Source: an uncultured Thermoplasmata archaeon (GTDB lineage Archaea; Thermoplasmatota; DTKX01; GCA-020343715). From it: a stretch of 64,000 bases of DNA. Position 1 is the first letter of the stretch, and each line of letters opens with the position of its first letter. The position numbers and the translations under genes were made by a program. This document shows, one piece after another, positions 35,239 through 44,798 of the stretch. The notes beneath the pieces are model-generated. The model saw only the letters and a program-made list of their open reading frames with translations. It had not been told where the DNA came from and made no database searches. The stretch covers positions 5,391 through 69,390 of the forward strand of contig CBDUQW010000004.1 in the NCBI GenBank assembly GCA_965369625.1. The letters are read 5' to 3'.

Positions 35239-36123
35239 TCACACGTAGGCGTCGCAATCGTAGCAGTAGTGCCGGTTGTACTCCTCGATCCACTCGGTCG
35301 GCTTGCCACAGCTGGGGCACATCGGGGTCGTTGGGGGAGCCGCGGGCTCGGGCTCCACGGGCATCGCTGGCTCGGCGTACTCCTCCTCGAGGAGGCTCTC
35401 GCCGGTGCCGGCCTGGTAGGACCCCTCGCCCCCGCCGTACTGCGCCTGGGCGTAGTCGTCGGTATAGAGCCCCGCCTGCTCGGTGTAACCGGTCGCGTAC
35501 GCATCCCGTCCGCCGCCTACCGCTACTGGCGCTGGCGCCGGACCGGGCATGGGCCTGCGGGCCTGGGTCACGTCCTCGAGCAGCAGGCCGAACAGGTCGA
35601 ACCTGTCGTCCTTGTACATCAGCCACGCGAATGTCAGCAGGAGGCCGCAGATGAAGAGACCGGGTGAGGGCAGCCAGCCGATGATGGCGATGGGGAGCAG
35701 GATCTTCCTGAGGTAGTGCCTGTTGTCCTCCGCCACGGCAGGTATCGCGCGGAAGAACAGGATGAGGCCGCTCAGCACACCAAGGACACCGGTCACGGTG
35801 AAGAAGGTGCCCCAGATGACGTAGCTCCGCACCGCCTCCTTGGTCCAGTAGCCTGAGTCGGTGTAGTCCCCGTCATAGTGCTCCAACCACCAGAGGTACT
35901 TGTAGAGGTTGGCGGCCCCCAGGTAGACTGCGATGATCCCAAAGATGATCAGGAGTAGGGCCGATATCAGTATCAGCCTCTTGGCATAGATTTTCCTCTT
36001 CGCATCGGATACGGCGATGGTACCATCCTCCGGCAGGCCCGCCTTCCTATCTCCCCGGGCATGCCCAGACGTATCGTGAAAACGTGGGTTCTCCTGCTGG
36101 GCGGTAGGAAAATGCGCGCGCAC
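35239..36123 (-). CDS. Hypothetical membrane protein with a Pro/Ala/Glu-rich cytoplasmic linker and a C-terminal zinc ribbon
   Basis: 4 TM segments, then ...AEPAMPVEPEPAAPPTTPMCPSCGKPTEWIEEYNRHYCYDCDAYV. Start codon uncertain (GTG at 36123). Confidence 0.4.
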   Translation of the reverse strand: MRAHFPTAQQENPRFHDTSGHARGDRKAGLPEDGTIAVSDAKRKIYAKRLILISALLLIIFGIIAVYLGAANLYKYLWWLEHYDGDYTDSGYWTKEAVRSYVIWGTFFTVTGVLGVLSGLILFFRAIPAVAEDNRHYLRKILLPIAIIGWLPSPGLFICGLLLTFAWLMYKDDRFDLFGLLLEDVTQARRPMPGPAPAPVAVGGGRDAYATGYTEQAGLYTDDYAQAQYGGGEGSYQAGTGESLLEEEYAEPAMPVEPEPAAPPTTPMCPSCGKPTEWIEEYNRHYCYDCDAYV

Positions 36124-36161
36124 TACAAAAATTTATCTATACCGTTGACGTACGATTCGCC

Positions 36162-37109
36162 GTGGTTAGGACAAGTTCACCTGGCAAGGTCATCCTTTTC
36201 GGCGAGCACGCCGTGGTGTATGGCGAGCCCGCCATGGCCCTAGCGGTGACGCGGCGCTTCAACATGCGCGTCGAGCCCCGCGAGGGGGGCAAGGGCCACC
36301 TGGTCGACGGCCACCGGATGACCGAGGCCCACCATTCGTACTTCAAGTACGCCGTGGACAACCACTGGGAGGGCGGGCCCCTCGACATCAGGACCCGCTC
36401 CGAGATCCCCTCGTCGTCAGGCATGGGCTCCTCTGCGGCCCTCACCACGTCGCTCATGGGAGCCCTGGTCGAGCTCTCCGACGGTTGCATCGAGGATGAG
36501 AGGGAGCGCATCGCCAGGCAGTCCTTCGACACCGAGTACAGCGTCCAGGGACGGGCCTCCCCCACCGACACCTCCACCGCCACCATGGGCATGGGCATCC
36601 TCCTGGCCAAGGAGCCGATGGATGGATTGCTCTGGCACGTGGAACGTGGCGGGGCAGAGTGGTACATCCACAGGGTGGCGGTCCCCCAGCTCAACATCGT
36701 CGTGGGCTTCACCGGCATCAAGGGCAACACCGGCGAGCTGGTGGCCAAGGTGCGCAGGTTCTGGGAAGGCAACAACTTCGCCAAGGAGACGGTGACCGAG
36801 ATCGGAGCCCTCACCATGGAGGGCGTGGAGGCCCTCTCCTCGGGCGACGTGGAGCGGCTCGGAGCCCTCATGGACCGCAACCACCAGCTGCTCACCATAC
36901 TGGGCGTGAACCACCCCAAGCTGCAGCGCCTCGTGGACGCTGCCAGGCCCCACAGCTACGGTGCGAAGATGACGGGCGCGGGCGGGGGTGGGAGCATGAT
37001 AGCCATCACCGAGGAGCCCGAGCGGGTGGCGAGGGCCATCGAGGACGCTGGCGGCATGCCCATCATCGCCGAGATCGGCGCACCGGGCGTCCGCAAGGAC
37101 GGGGATTGA
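36162..37109 (+). CDS. mvk: Mevalonate kinase
   Basis: MVRTSSPGKVILFGEHAVVYGEPAMA...PSSSGMGSSAAL are GHMP kinase motifs. TATA-like 'aatttatctatacc' ~22 bp upstream. Confidence 0.85.
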   Translation: MVRTSSPGKVILFGEHAVVYGEPAMALAVTRRFNMRVEPREGGKGHLVDGHRMTEAHHSYFKYAVDNHWEGGPLDIRTRSEIPSSSGMGSSAALTTSLMGALVELSDGCIEDERERIARQSFDTEYSVQGRASPTDTSTATMGMGILLAKEPMDGLLWHVERGGAEWYIHRVAVPQLNIVVGFTGIKGNTGELVAKVRRFWEGNNFAKETVTEIGALTMEGVEALSSGDVERLGALMDRNHQLLTILGVNHPKLQRLVDAARPHSYGAKMTGAGGGGSMIAITEEPERVARAIEDAGGMPIIAEIGAPGVRKDGD

Positions 37110-37183
37110 GCGGCGTTCCCACCCTTCTTGGCATTGGGAATCGTGGAAGAAACCTTAAGAACGCCCAGGAGGTAGCCTGGAAC

Positions 37184-37969
37184 GTGTCCACCGACCCCCC
37201 CGAGGCCGTGATAGAGATAGTTCGACTTGGGAAGAGCTTCGGCAGGGTCCAGGCCCTCAAGGACGTCGACCTGACCATCCGGCGAGGGGAGTTCCTCGGG
37301 TTCTTCGGTCCGAACGGGGCCGGGAAGACTACGCTGCTCAGGGTGCTGACGGGCCAGCTGGAGCCAGGTTCTGGCTCGGCCAGGGTCATGGGGATCGACC
37401 TTCCCGAGGGCGCTGTCGAGGTGCGCGCCCAGGTGGGCGTGGTGCCCGAGTTCGAGTCGCCCCCCTCCTTCCTGACCGGCGACGAGTACCTGAGGTTCGT
37501 GCTCCGGGCCAGGGGCATCGATGAGGACAACGGACGGGTCGACCGTTGGATCGGGTTCTTCGAGCTGGAGAGCCACCGCCACACCCTCTGCAAGGACATG
37601 TCCAAGGGCATGCGCCAGAAGATCATGCTGGGCGCGGCCTTCATCCACGAGCCAGAGCTCCTGTTCCTGGACGAGCCCTTCATCAACCTGGACCCCCTGT
37701 TCCAGAAGAAGGTCCAGGACTACCTGAGTAGCTACGTGGCCGAGGGCGGGACCGTCTTCATGTGCTCCCACCTGCTGGAGATCGCCGAGCGCCTGTGCTC
37801 GCGCCTCGCCATCATCAACGATGGCGAGCTGATAGGCGTCGGCACCCTTCAGCAACTGCAGAGGGAGGGGGAGGCCGGGCTGGCCGAGGTCTTCTTCCGC
37901 ATGGTGGGCCGCCAGGTCGCCGAGGTTGACAAGGAGGTCCCGGCGTCCACCGTCGCAGAGGGGGGATGA
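37184..37969 (+). CDS. ABC transporter ATP-binding protein
   Basis: GPNGAGKTTLL (Walker A), MSKGMRQKIMLG (signature variant), LLFLDEPFINLD (Walker B). GTG start 37184 is 11 nt after AGGAGG; ORF track frame from 36659. Confidence 0.75.
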   Translation: MSTDPPEAVIEIVRLGKSFGRVQALKDVDLTIRRGEFLGFFGPNGAGKTTLLRVLTGQLEPGSGSARVMGIDLPEGAVEVRAQVGVVPEFESPPSFLTGDEYLRFVLRARGIDEDNGRVDRWIGFFELESHRHTLCKDMSKGMRQKIMLGAAFIHEPELLFLDEPFINLDPLFQKKVQDYLSSYVAEGGTVFMCSHLLEIAERLCSRLAIINDGELIGVGTLQQLQREGEAGLAEVFFRMVGRQVAEVDKEVPASTVAEGG

Positions 37970-39408
37970 GCCTGTTCTGGCTCCTTCGGGCGATGTTCAA
38001 GGAGGAGTTCCGCCTCCAGAGCTCGTACTCCAGCCGCATCTCCACCATGACCTTCCCCGCGCTGCTGGCCGCGATGGCCTTCATCTTGGCCGTGTCCCTT
38101 CCGCTGCTCCAGGACGAGATGTCCACGGACCAGCTGCTCTTCGCCGTCCACTCGGCCCTCCTCCTGTACGGCCTCGCCGTTGGGGCGTTCTCCTTCCTGG
38201 GCCGGGAGATGATGGAGCGCAGGTGGGGCCATGCCAGCTTCCTGCTGTCGGCGCCCCAGACCCTGCCCATCAGCTTCAAGTACACCTTCCTCGTCTTCTT
38301 CCTCAAGGACCTGCTCTACTACATCTTCATGACGCTGCTGCCCCTCACGATAGGGCTACTGGCATCCATTCCCTTCACCGGGTTCCACGTGACGTCGGTG
38401 CTGCTGCTCTTCTTCACCATGAGCGCCACGTTCCTCTACGCCATCTCGTTCTCCTTCCTGATGTCCAGCGTCTACATGCGCTCCCGGACGGCCTTCACCG
38501 CCATGGCCGTCGGGGTGATAGCCGTCGTGGTGGCCTCGGGCATGCTGGAGCTGTTCGAGATGGGTCTCATCGTCCCGTCCATCGCCTTCCAGCTCACCGG
38601 GAACTGGTGGGCCCTGGCGGCAAGCCTCACGGCAAGCCTGGCCTTCTCGGCATGGGCCGTCCTGCTGGTGGAGGACCGCATGGAGTCTCCGGTGGTCCAG
38701 GTGGAGAGCCATTACGACGAGGTCGTGGTGTGGTTCAGGCGCTTCGGAAGGTTCCAGCCCTACCTGGCGAAGGAATGGATCGACCTCATCCGGAGCAGGA
38801 CGCTGACCAAGCTGACGTTCGCCTTCGTGCTGCCCCTGGTGGTCCTGACCGCCTTCGACTGGTTCCTGGGCACGACGGTCTCGGACCAGATCCAGTTCTC
38901 CACCATATTCTACGGTGGCATGGTGGGGTTCTTCGGGGTCCTCATCTACAGCTGGCTGAACAACATCGACTACGTCGAGTACTACAGCACCTTCCCGGTG
39001 CGGGTCCCCGACATCGTCAAGTCCAAGCTGATCATGTTCGTCATCCTCACCAGCTGGATATCCACATCCTTCCTGGTGGCCATGACGGCCATCAAGGGCG
39101 AGTGGAGCCGCCTCCCGATATCCCTGGTGGTGATGTTCTCCACCTCCATCTACATGGTGGTGGTGACGGCCTACCTCACGGGGCTGCGGACCAACGTGTA
39201 CCTCTTCGACACCAAGATCCTGTCCCGCTTCGCCATCCTGGCCATCATCCCGCTGATGGCCATCACCTTCCTTGCCATGGCGGAGGACGCCCTGGGCTGG
39301 AGGATGATCGTGGCCATCGCCGTGGTCTGCATGGTCCTTGCCACCGTGACGCGCATCCTGCTCACTCGCATCGACACCAAGTGGGGCAACGAGACGTTCA
39401 CTGTTTGA
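37966..39408 (+). CDS. Polytopic membrane protein, putative ABC-2-type permease partner
   Basis: ATGA overlap with the ATPase gene. ~12 predicted TM helices. No other motifs recognised. Confidence 0.5.
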   Translation: MSLFWLLRAMFKEEFRLQSSYSSRISTMTFPALLAAMAFILAVSLPLLQDEMSTDQLLFAVHSALLLYGLAVGAFSFLGREMMERRWGHASFLLSAPQTLPISFKYTFLVFFLKDLLYYIFMTLLPLTIGLLASIPFTGFHVTSVLLLFFTMSATFLYAISFSFLMSSVYMRSRTAFTAMAVGVIAVVVASGMLELFEMGLIVPSIAFQLTGNWWALAASLTASLAFSAWAVLLVEDRMESPVVQVESHYDEVVVWFRRFGRFQPYLAKEWIDLIRSRTLTKLTFAFVLPLVVLTAFDWFLGTTVSDQIQFSTIFYGGMVGFFGVLIYSWLNNIDYVEYYSTFPVRVPDIVKSKLIMFVILTSWISTSFLVAMTAIKGEWSRLPISLVVMFSTSIYMVVVTAYLTGLRTNVYLFDTKILSRFAILAIIPLMAITFLAMAEDALGWRMIVAIAVVCMVLATVTRILLTRIDTKWGNETFTV

Positions 39409-39415
39409 ACGGATA

Positions 39416-39946
39416 TCAGACCGTCAGCGGCGGGATGGTGAGTGTGCCTATCTGCTCTCCTGACTTCGATATCACGACCGTTCCGCCTTCGAACTCCTTG
39501 GAGATCCCCGTCACCTTGATGATGTGACCGGCATGCACGTGGGGATCGTGTGCCGGAGTGCAGATGTACCATACCTGGACATCCACCCAGCCATCGCTCC
39601 CATCGTCGTACGCAGCTGGGTCGTCGGGTTTGACCCGGGTATCGGGCTTGAGCACGTGTTCGTCCTCTGAGAGGATCCTGACACGGACCTCCACCCAGAG
39701 GATCTTCGCATCCTTTGGCTGAATCTTGGACAGCTCGACGGTAAGGTCCCAGTAGTCCTCTCCATTGATGAACTTGGCCTTCGACACGGGATTTCTGAGC
39801 TCGACCTCGGTCAGTTCCTCCTCCGAGGTCATTGGTGGAGACCAGAACCCGACGGCCCAAACCAGGGCTATCGCTACAAAGATGACGATGGGTACTGAGA
39901 TCGCCCATATCCATCTCTCATCCTTGGTGTCTTGGCTCATCCCCAC
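39416..39946 (-). CDS. Hypothetical N-terminally anchored exported protein
   Basis: N-terminal TM WIWAISVPIVIFVAIALVWAVGF, then a soluble beta-rich domain. No homology recognised. Confidence 0.4.
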   Translation of the reverse strand: MGMSQDTKDERWIWAISVPIVIFVAIALVWAVGFWSPPMTSEEELTEVELRNPVSKAKFINGEDYWDLTVELSKIQPKDAKILWVEVRVRILSEDEHVLKPDTRVKPDDPAAYDDGSDGWVDVQVWYICTPAHDPHVHAGHIIKVTGISKEFEGGTVVISKSGEQIGTLTIPPLTV

Positions 39947-40021
39947 ACCCTAAGGCGTTGGCCTGCTACACCTATCCACCGGGTCATTAATTATATCTTC
40001 TCCAATGGCCATCGACTGGCC

Positions 40022-40630
40022 ATGGAGCCTGGCGTCCGCCGCATCGTCAACTGGTGGGGCACCTTCGTCCTGGGCCTGGGGCTCGTCACCGTCGGCGTCG
40101 CGGGCTACCTCTGGGTGGTGGAGGAGCTGGAGTGGTACCGGACCGAGGTGTCCCCGGCCAACGAGGTCCAGTCCAAGGACCTGGGCGAGTACGTCAGGGT
40201 CGATGGGGTCGTCGCCCTCAACGCCTCCAGGGACATCATCATCACCCAAGAGGAGGTCGAGAGGGGCGTCTGGACGACACTCGAGTACGAGTACCACGTG
40301 GACTGGGTCTGGGTGGAGGACGATGACGGTGGCGTCGTCCTGGTGCTCTTCGACCACGTGAGGTTGACCAAGCCGGGGCGCCACGGTGGCGACTACCACA
40401 AGGGCGACCGGGTGTGCATCGGGGGCACGGTGGGCACCGAGAGCGGTGTGCCCATCAAGCGCGTCAGGGCCGACTTCACGGCCAAGCACCCCGAGGACTC
40501 CAACGCTCGGTACGTGGATATCTTCTACGCGTCGGCCTTCGTCGGCATGATGCTCATCCTGGTCTTCGTGCTGGCCCGCTTCCTCCTGAACCCCCGGAAG
40601 GCCGAGGCGCCCGACTGGCGGGGGACGTGA
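40022..40630 (+). CDS. Hypothetical membrane protein
   Basis: Start MEPGVRRIVNWWGTFVLGLGLVTVGVAGYLWVV. The ORF-track start 39932 would overlap the divergent gene; TATA-like 'cattaattatatctt' at ~39980. C-terminal TM FVGMMLILVFVLARFLL. Confidence 0.4.
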   Translation: MEPGVRRIVNWWGTFVLGLGLVTVGVAGYLWVVEELEWYRTEVSPANEVQSKDLGEYVRVDGVVALNASRDIIITQEEVERGVWTTLEYEYHVDWVWVEDDDGGVVLVLFDHVRLTKPGRHGGDYHKGDRVCIGGTVGTESGVPIKRVRADFTAKHPEDSNARYVDIFYASAFVGMMLILVFVLARFLLNPRKAEAPDWRGT

Positions 40631-40634
40631 CCCC

Positions 40635-41174
40635 ATGGGACCCGATGACAGGGCCTGGCAGGGGAAGAGGACCCCCAACATGAGGATCGCCTACGTCGTC
40701 CTCTTCATCGGGGCGTGCCTGGTGGCCGTCGCCGTCTACCGCTGGACCACGGGCACCGAGTTCAACTGGTTCTTCCTCTTGATCTTCCTGTTGTTCCTCT
40801 TCATCTACCTCTTCCTCGTCCTCGCCACGGCCTACGAGGTCACGGTGGCGCTGGTGGGCGAAGAGCTCCAGGTCACCGTGGTCGAGTACGTGGCCAGCAG
40901 GAGGATGAAGGAGAGGTTGGATTCCGTTCCCCGATGGAGGATGGCGAAGCTCAGGGAGATAACCATGGGCGAGCTGGCCCACACCATCAAGATAGAGGAT
41001 GCGGGCGGGAAGACCCTCGCGACCTTCCCCAGGTTCCTACCCCTGGGCGAGCACGACGCCATGATCCAGGCGATCATCGAGTGGGGCAATCAGCCCCCGT
41101 CATCCTCTTCCTCATCCACGTCCCCACCCTCGTCCAGCGGAGACGATGAGGGATCCCTGGCCGAGGCTAGGTAG
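40635..41174 (+). CDS. Hypothetical membrane protein (2 TM plus cytoplasmic domain, Ser-rich tail)
   Basis: IAYVVLFIGACLVAVAVY and FFLLIFLLFLFIYLFLVLATAY, followed by a ~90-aa soluble domain. An alternative start at 40680 is possible. Confidence 0.4.
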   Translation: MGPDDRAWQGKRTPNMRIAYVVLFIGACLVAVAVYRWTTGTEFNWFFLLIFLLFLFIYLFLVLATAYEVTVALVGEELQVTVVEYVASRRMKERLDSVPRWRMAKLREITMGELAHTIKIEDAGGKTLATFPRFLPLGEHDAMIQAIIEWGNQPPSSSSSSTSPPSSSGDDEGSLAEAR

Positions 41175-41734
41175 GCATTCTGGATGGCCACGACCTCGCC
41201 GCTGTCGGCGGCCGCCTCGTACTCCTCCAGGGGCTCTGCGTTCAGCTGCATGAAGGTGGTGCCCCAGTTGGTCGCGGCCGCCAGGCGGTGGGCGTGGGAG
41301 GTGTCGCCGAGGATGGCGAGGGCGGCCGCCGCCGCCTCCAGGCTGGACAGCCTGTAGGGCTTGCCGTAGTTGATGGGGTTGGCGGCGAGGAGGAAGGGGA
41401 GGCCTCTGGAGGTCAGGCGGGCGAGGCGCTTGGCGTTCTTGAAGGTGCCCTCGGCATGGGCCCAGCTGCAGTCGAGTACGACCACCCCCCTGGCCCTGGC
41501 CTGCCCCGCGTCGGCGGGGGACAGGGCCCTCTTCGCGAAGGGGTCGAGGAGTATCGCCCTCTTGGGAAGGCGCCCCAGCCGGTCGACGGTCTCGACGAGG
41601 CCGAACTTGGCCAATCGACGCGCGGAGCACTTCTTGGGGTCGCACTGCCCTGCTTCGAACACGAACACCCGCACGGACTCGCCTTCCTCGAGGGTGTCCG
41701 TTCCGGGGTGGCCTCCCGGGAACCAGCTGGTCAT
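41090..41734 (-). CDS. tsr3: Tsr3/DUF367-family 16S/18S rRNA aminocarboxypropyltransferase
   Basis: MTSWFPGGHPG...RVFVFEAGQCDPKKCSARRLAKFGLV...VVLDCSWAHAEG...NPINYGKPYRLSSLEA. Corresponds to the last 214 codons of ORF 41090..42922, whose upstream part is rejected. Confidence 0.7.
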   Translation of the reverse strand: MTSWFPGGHPGTDTLEEGESVRVFVFEAGQCDPKKCSARRLAKFGLVETVDRLGRLPKRAILLDPFAKRALSPADAGQARARGVVVLDCSWAHAEGTFKNAKRLARLTSRGLPFLLAANPINYGKPYRLSSLEAAAAALAILGDTSHAHRLAAATNWGTTFMQLNAEPLEEYEAAADSGEVVAIQNAYLASARDPSSSPLDEGGDVDEEEDDGG

Positions 41735-41742
41735 GGGGGCCC

Positions 41743-42939
41743 TCACAGGAGGTCCTCGAACTCCTTCATGATCTCGGGGTACCTCTCCTGGACCATGCGA
41801 AGGATGTCCGCGGTGGTGATGCGCTCGATCTCGTAGCCCTGGAGCGCATCGATGACCTTGTTGAGGGTGTCGTCGGACATCTCGAGGAGCTTCTCCTTGG
41901 CGATGTAGTTGCGGAACAGCTGGTCCTCGATCTTGGCCCGCCAGCCCTTCTCGTACCTCTGGAAGAACTCCTTGCTGAAGTCCCCGGCCTCGTGGGCCTC
42001 CTTCGCCACCTGGGCGGCCACCTGGCCGGCGATGCAGGCGTTGGCCACGCCTCCGCCTGTCAGGGGGTCGACCGTCCTGGCGGCGTCGCCCACCAGCATG
42101 AGGCCGTCGGTGGTGACCGATTCGAGGGGCATGCCCACAGACACCGCACCGGCCACCGTCTCCACGTTCTGGCCCTTGGCGAGCCTGGGCTGGCCCGCGA
42201 TGAAGTTGTCCAGGTACCTCCTGACCTCGCCCCCCTCCTTTATCCTGCCCAGGTTGATGCCGATGCCAACGTTGGCAGAGTCCTCCGACTTGTTGAAGAT
42301 CCAGACGTAGCCTCCGGGCGCCATCGAGCCGATGTGGAACTCGTTGTAGAACCTGTCGATGTCGATGCCCACCAGCTCGTACTGGAGGCAGGTGTTCACA
42401 TCCTTTGGGAGGACCTTGGTGTCGATGCCTGCCCAGCGGCCCACCTGGCTCTCGAAGCCGTCGGCCCCGATGACCACGGGGGCGCGCAGCTCCATGTCCT
42501 TGCCCCACTGCTTGGCCTTGACGCCCACGACGGCGCCCGCCTCGTCCTTGATGACGTCGGTGGCGGAGCACTTGAGCATCGTCTTGGCGCCCGCGCGGAT
42601 GGCGTCCTCCGCCAGGGAGCGGTCGAAGATGTCCCGGTGGACCACGTAGCCCGTCTCGTTGCCCGCCATCTCCTCGGTCAGGTCGACGTACTGGCCGTTG
42701 GGGGCCACGATGCGTGCCCCGCTGACCTCCAGGGAGATCCATCTCTTGCTGGGCTCGATGCCCACCTCGTCGAGCCAGATCTTGGCGATGCCCTCGCCGC
42801 ACCGGACGGGGCTGCCTATCTCCTGGCGCTTCTCTATCATCAGGACGTCGAGGCCCGCCTTGGCGGCGTCCCTTGCGGTCATGCTTCCGCCGGGGCCCCC
42901 GCCCACGACGACCATGTCCCATTCCTGGACCTCGACCAT
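41743..42939 (-). CDS. Geranylgeranyl reductase (digeranylgeranylglycerophospholipid reductase family)
   Basis: Start MVEVQEWDMVVVGGGPGGSMTARDAAKAGLDVLMIEKR at 42939 (FAD motif). GGR family conservation throughout. Confidence 0.85.
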   Translation of the reverse strand: MVEVQEWDMVVVGGGPGGSMTARDAAKAGLDVLMIEKRQEIGSPVRCGEGIAKIWLDEVGIEPSKRWISLEVSGARIVAPNGQYVDLTEEMAGNETGYVVHRDIFDRSLAEDAIRAGAKTMLKCSATDVIKDEAGAVVGVKAKQWGKDMELRAPVVIGADGFESQVGRWAGIDTKVLPKDVNTCLQYELVGIDIDRFYNEFHIGSMAPGGYVWIFNKSEDSANVGIGINLGRIKEGGEVRRYLDNFIAGQPRLAKGQNVETVAGAVSVGMPLESVTTDGLMLVGDAARTVDPLTGGGVANACIAGQVAAQVAKEAHEAGDFSKEFFQRYEKGWRAKIEDQLFRNYIAKEKLLEMSDDTLNKVIDALQGYEIERITTADILRMVQERYPEIMKEFEDLL

Positions 42940-42941
42940 GT

Positions 42942-43127
42942 TCAGGCCTCCGTCATCTCGAGGGCGCCAACGGGGCAGCACCTGGTGCAAAGCCCGCAGT
43001 CGATGCAGTCGTCGTTCGCGGTCACCCGGAACTCCTCGAGGAACATGGCGTTCACGGGACAGATGCCCACGCAGGCCCCACACCTCATGCAAATGCTCTG
43101 GTCGACGGTTATCGTCATTCCACCCAC
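42942..43127 (-). CDS. 2x[4Fe-4S] ferredoxin
   Basis: CMRCGACVGICPVN...CIDCGLCTRCCPVG. Its stop lies 2 nt before the GGR start. Confidence 0.8.
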   Translation of the reverse strand: MGGMTITVDQSICMRCGACVGICPVNAMFLEEFRVTANDDCIDCGLCTRCCPVGALEMTEA

Positions 43128-43160
43128 CTCTCTAGATATCCCTCGGATACGTGAACCTCA

Positions 43161-44798
43161 TTACTTGGCGTACTTGTCCAGCGCGGTCGGTACCGACGCC
43201 ATGACCTCGTCGCTGACCAGCTTTCCGGTCCTGCGCCTCTCCTCCATGAGAGCCTCCTCGCGCTCACGGAACGAGTGGTACTCCTCGTTGCTCATCGCGT
43301 ACTTCTGCTCCACCTCGTCGCGGAACACGGGCCCGCTGTTGTAGGCACAGAAGGGTATGATGCGGCCGTCGGGGACGGCGTAGTGGATGACGCACCTCTT
43401 GACGCGCTCGATGTCGTAGTTGTACCGGTCCTGGAAGTGCATGCCGCCGATCATCATGCTGCGCCAGGCGAAGTTGGCCAGCGCCTTCTTGTCCCCCTCC
43501 TCGTAGAAGGCCGACAGCAGCTCGACCATGCCGATGCCGCCGGGGGACTTCTTCTTGTTGATGTACCTGCCCTCCCTGAGCTTGAACTTGAGGAGCTTGA
43601 CCTTGGCCACTGACTTGACCTTCGCGTGCTCGATGTCCACTGCCGCCTTCTCGATGTCCGCCAGCAGGAGAGGGACGTTCACGAACTCGTTGATGGGGAT
43701 CGGCGTGCCGTCCTCGTCGATGAATATGAAGGTGGCCAGCCCGCAGTGGGGATGGGAGGTGAAGGCCACCTTGGGGTCGTTCTGGAACACCGCCGCCAGC
43801 TCCGAGAAGACGGAGACGGATGGCACCGGGAAGAAGTGTTCCTCCTTCAGGAAGTCCGTCTGGTCGACCAGGCGGTGCACCATGTCTGCCAGGGTGAACC
43901 TCTTCTGGGCCAGTTCGGTCTTGTCGATGCGGCCGGTGAATGCCACCGGCTGGAAGTTGATGGCGTGGATCACATCGGCGTTGTCGATGGCGTACCGGAC
44001 GATGTCGCCCACGATGTCGTCGTTGACGGTGTTGATCAGGGTCGGCACCAGGCAGATGGACATGTTCGGCTGGGCCTCCTTCACGGATTCCACGGCACGT
44101 CGCTTGATGTCCACCATGGGCCTTCCACGGACCTCCTTGTACATCTCGTCGTCGAAACCGTCGAACTGCAGGTAGATGGTGTTGACCCCCGCGGTCACCA
44201 TCGACTGGGTGAAGCCCTCCTCCTGGGCCATCAGCACGCCGTTGGTGGCCACCTGGATCTGCGCGAAGCCCAGCTCCTTGGCGGCCTGGACCGCCTCGAG
44301 GAAGTAGGGGTACACCGTCGGCTCCCCGCCGGCGAACTGGACGGAGGGGGTGGGCACCGGGCTGTTCCTGCGGAGCACTGCCAGCATCTCCACCACCTCG
44401 TCGAAGGTCGGCTCCACGATGAAGCCGGAGGCGTTGGCGTTGGCGAAGCAGACGGGGCAACGGAGGTTGCACCTGTTGGTCAGGTCGACGTTGGCAAGGA
44501 CCGTGTGGGACTTGTGCATCTGGCACAGGCCGCAGTCCGTGGGGCACTCCGTCGCCTCGGGGTAGTAGGGGTTGTCCACACCGGTGCCGTCGTGGGCGTA
44601 CTCCTCCATCCTGAGGTAGAGGTCCACGTCGGAGAAGTAGACGTCCTCGAAGTAACCGTGCTCGGGACAGGTCTTCTCCATCATCACCTTGCCATCGCGC
44701 TCGACGATATTGGCATCGATGATGCTGGCGCATTCGGGACAGAGTGACTTGGTCACCTTGGGCAGGCCCTTCTGCAGCTCTGATTCTTTGATGATCAT
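43161..44798 (-). CDS. Radical SAM protein, probable tetraether lipid synthase (Tes/GDGT-MAS-like)
   Basis: CNLRCPVCF is a CxxxCxxC radical-SAM motif. Additional Cys motifs: CPECAS...CPEHG (Zn-ribbon/rubredoxin-like) and CPTDCGLC. ~545 aa. Immediately upstream of ferredoxin plus GGR. Confidence 0.55.
   Translation of the reverse strand: MIIKESELQKGLPKVTKSLCPECASIIDANIVERDGKVMMEKTCPEHGYFEDVYFSDVDLYLRMEEYAHDGTGVDNPYYPEATECPTDCGLCQMHKSHTVLANVDLTNRCNLRCPVCFANANASGFIVEPTFDEVVEMLAVLRRNSPVPTPSVQFAGGEPTVYPYFLEAVQAAKELGFAQIQVATNGVLMAQEEGFTQSMVTAGVNTIYLQFDGFDDEMYKEVRGRPMVDIKRRAVESVKEAQPNMSICLVPTLINTVNDDIVGDIVRYAIDNADVIHAINFQPVAFTGRIDKTELAQKRFTLADMVHRLVDQTDFLKEEHFFPVPSVSVFSELAAVFQNDPKVAFTSHPHCGLATFIFIDEDGTPIPINEFVNVPLLLADIEKAAVDIEHAKVKSVAKVKLLKFKLREGRYINKKKSPGGIGMVELLSAFYEEGDKKALANFAWRSMMIGGMHFQDRYNYDIERVKRCVIHYAVPDGRIIPFCAYNSGPVFRDEVEQKYAMSNEEYHSFREREEALMEERRRTGKLVSDEVMASVPTALDKYAK

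Noticed and set aside
36956-37855. 299-aa minus-strand ORF antisense to the ABC ATPase
   Set aside because: Antisense artefact. The ABC Walker A/B and signature motifs are on the plus strand.
41735-42922. Upstream 400 codons of the 610-aa ORF 41090..42922
   Set aside because: Only the last 214 codons (Tsr3) look like protein. The rest is R/G/P/H-rich and overlaps GGR, which is encoded in another frame on the same strand.
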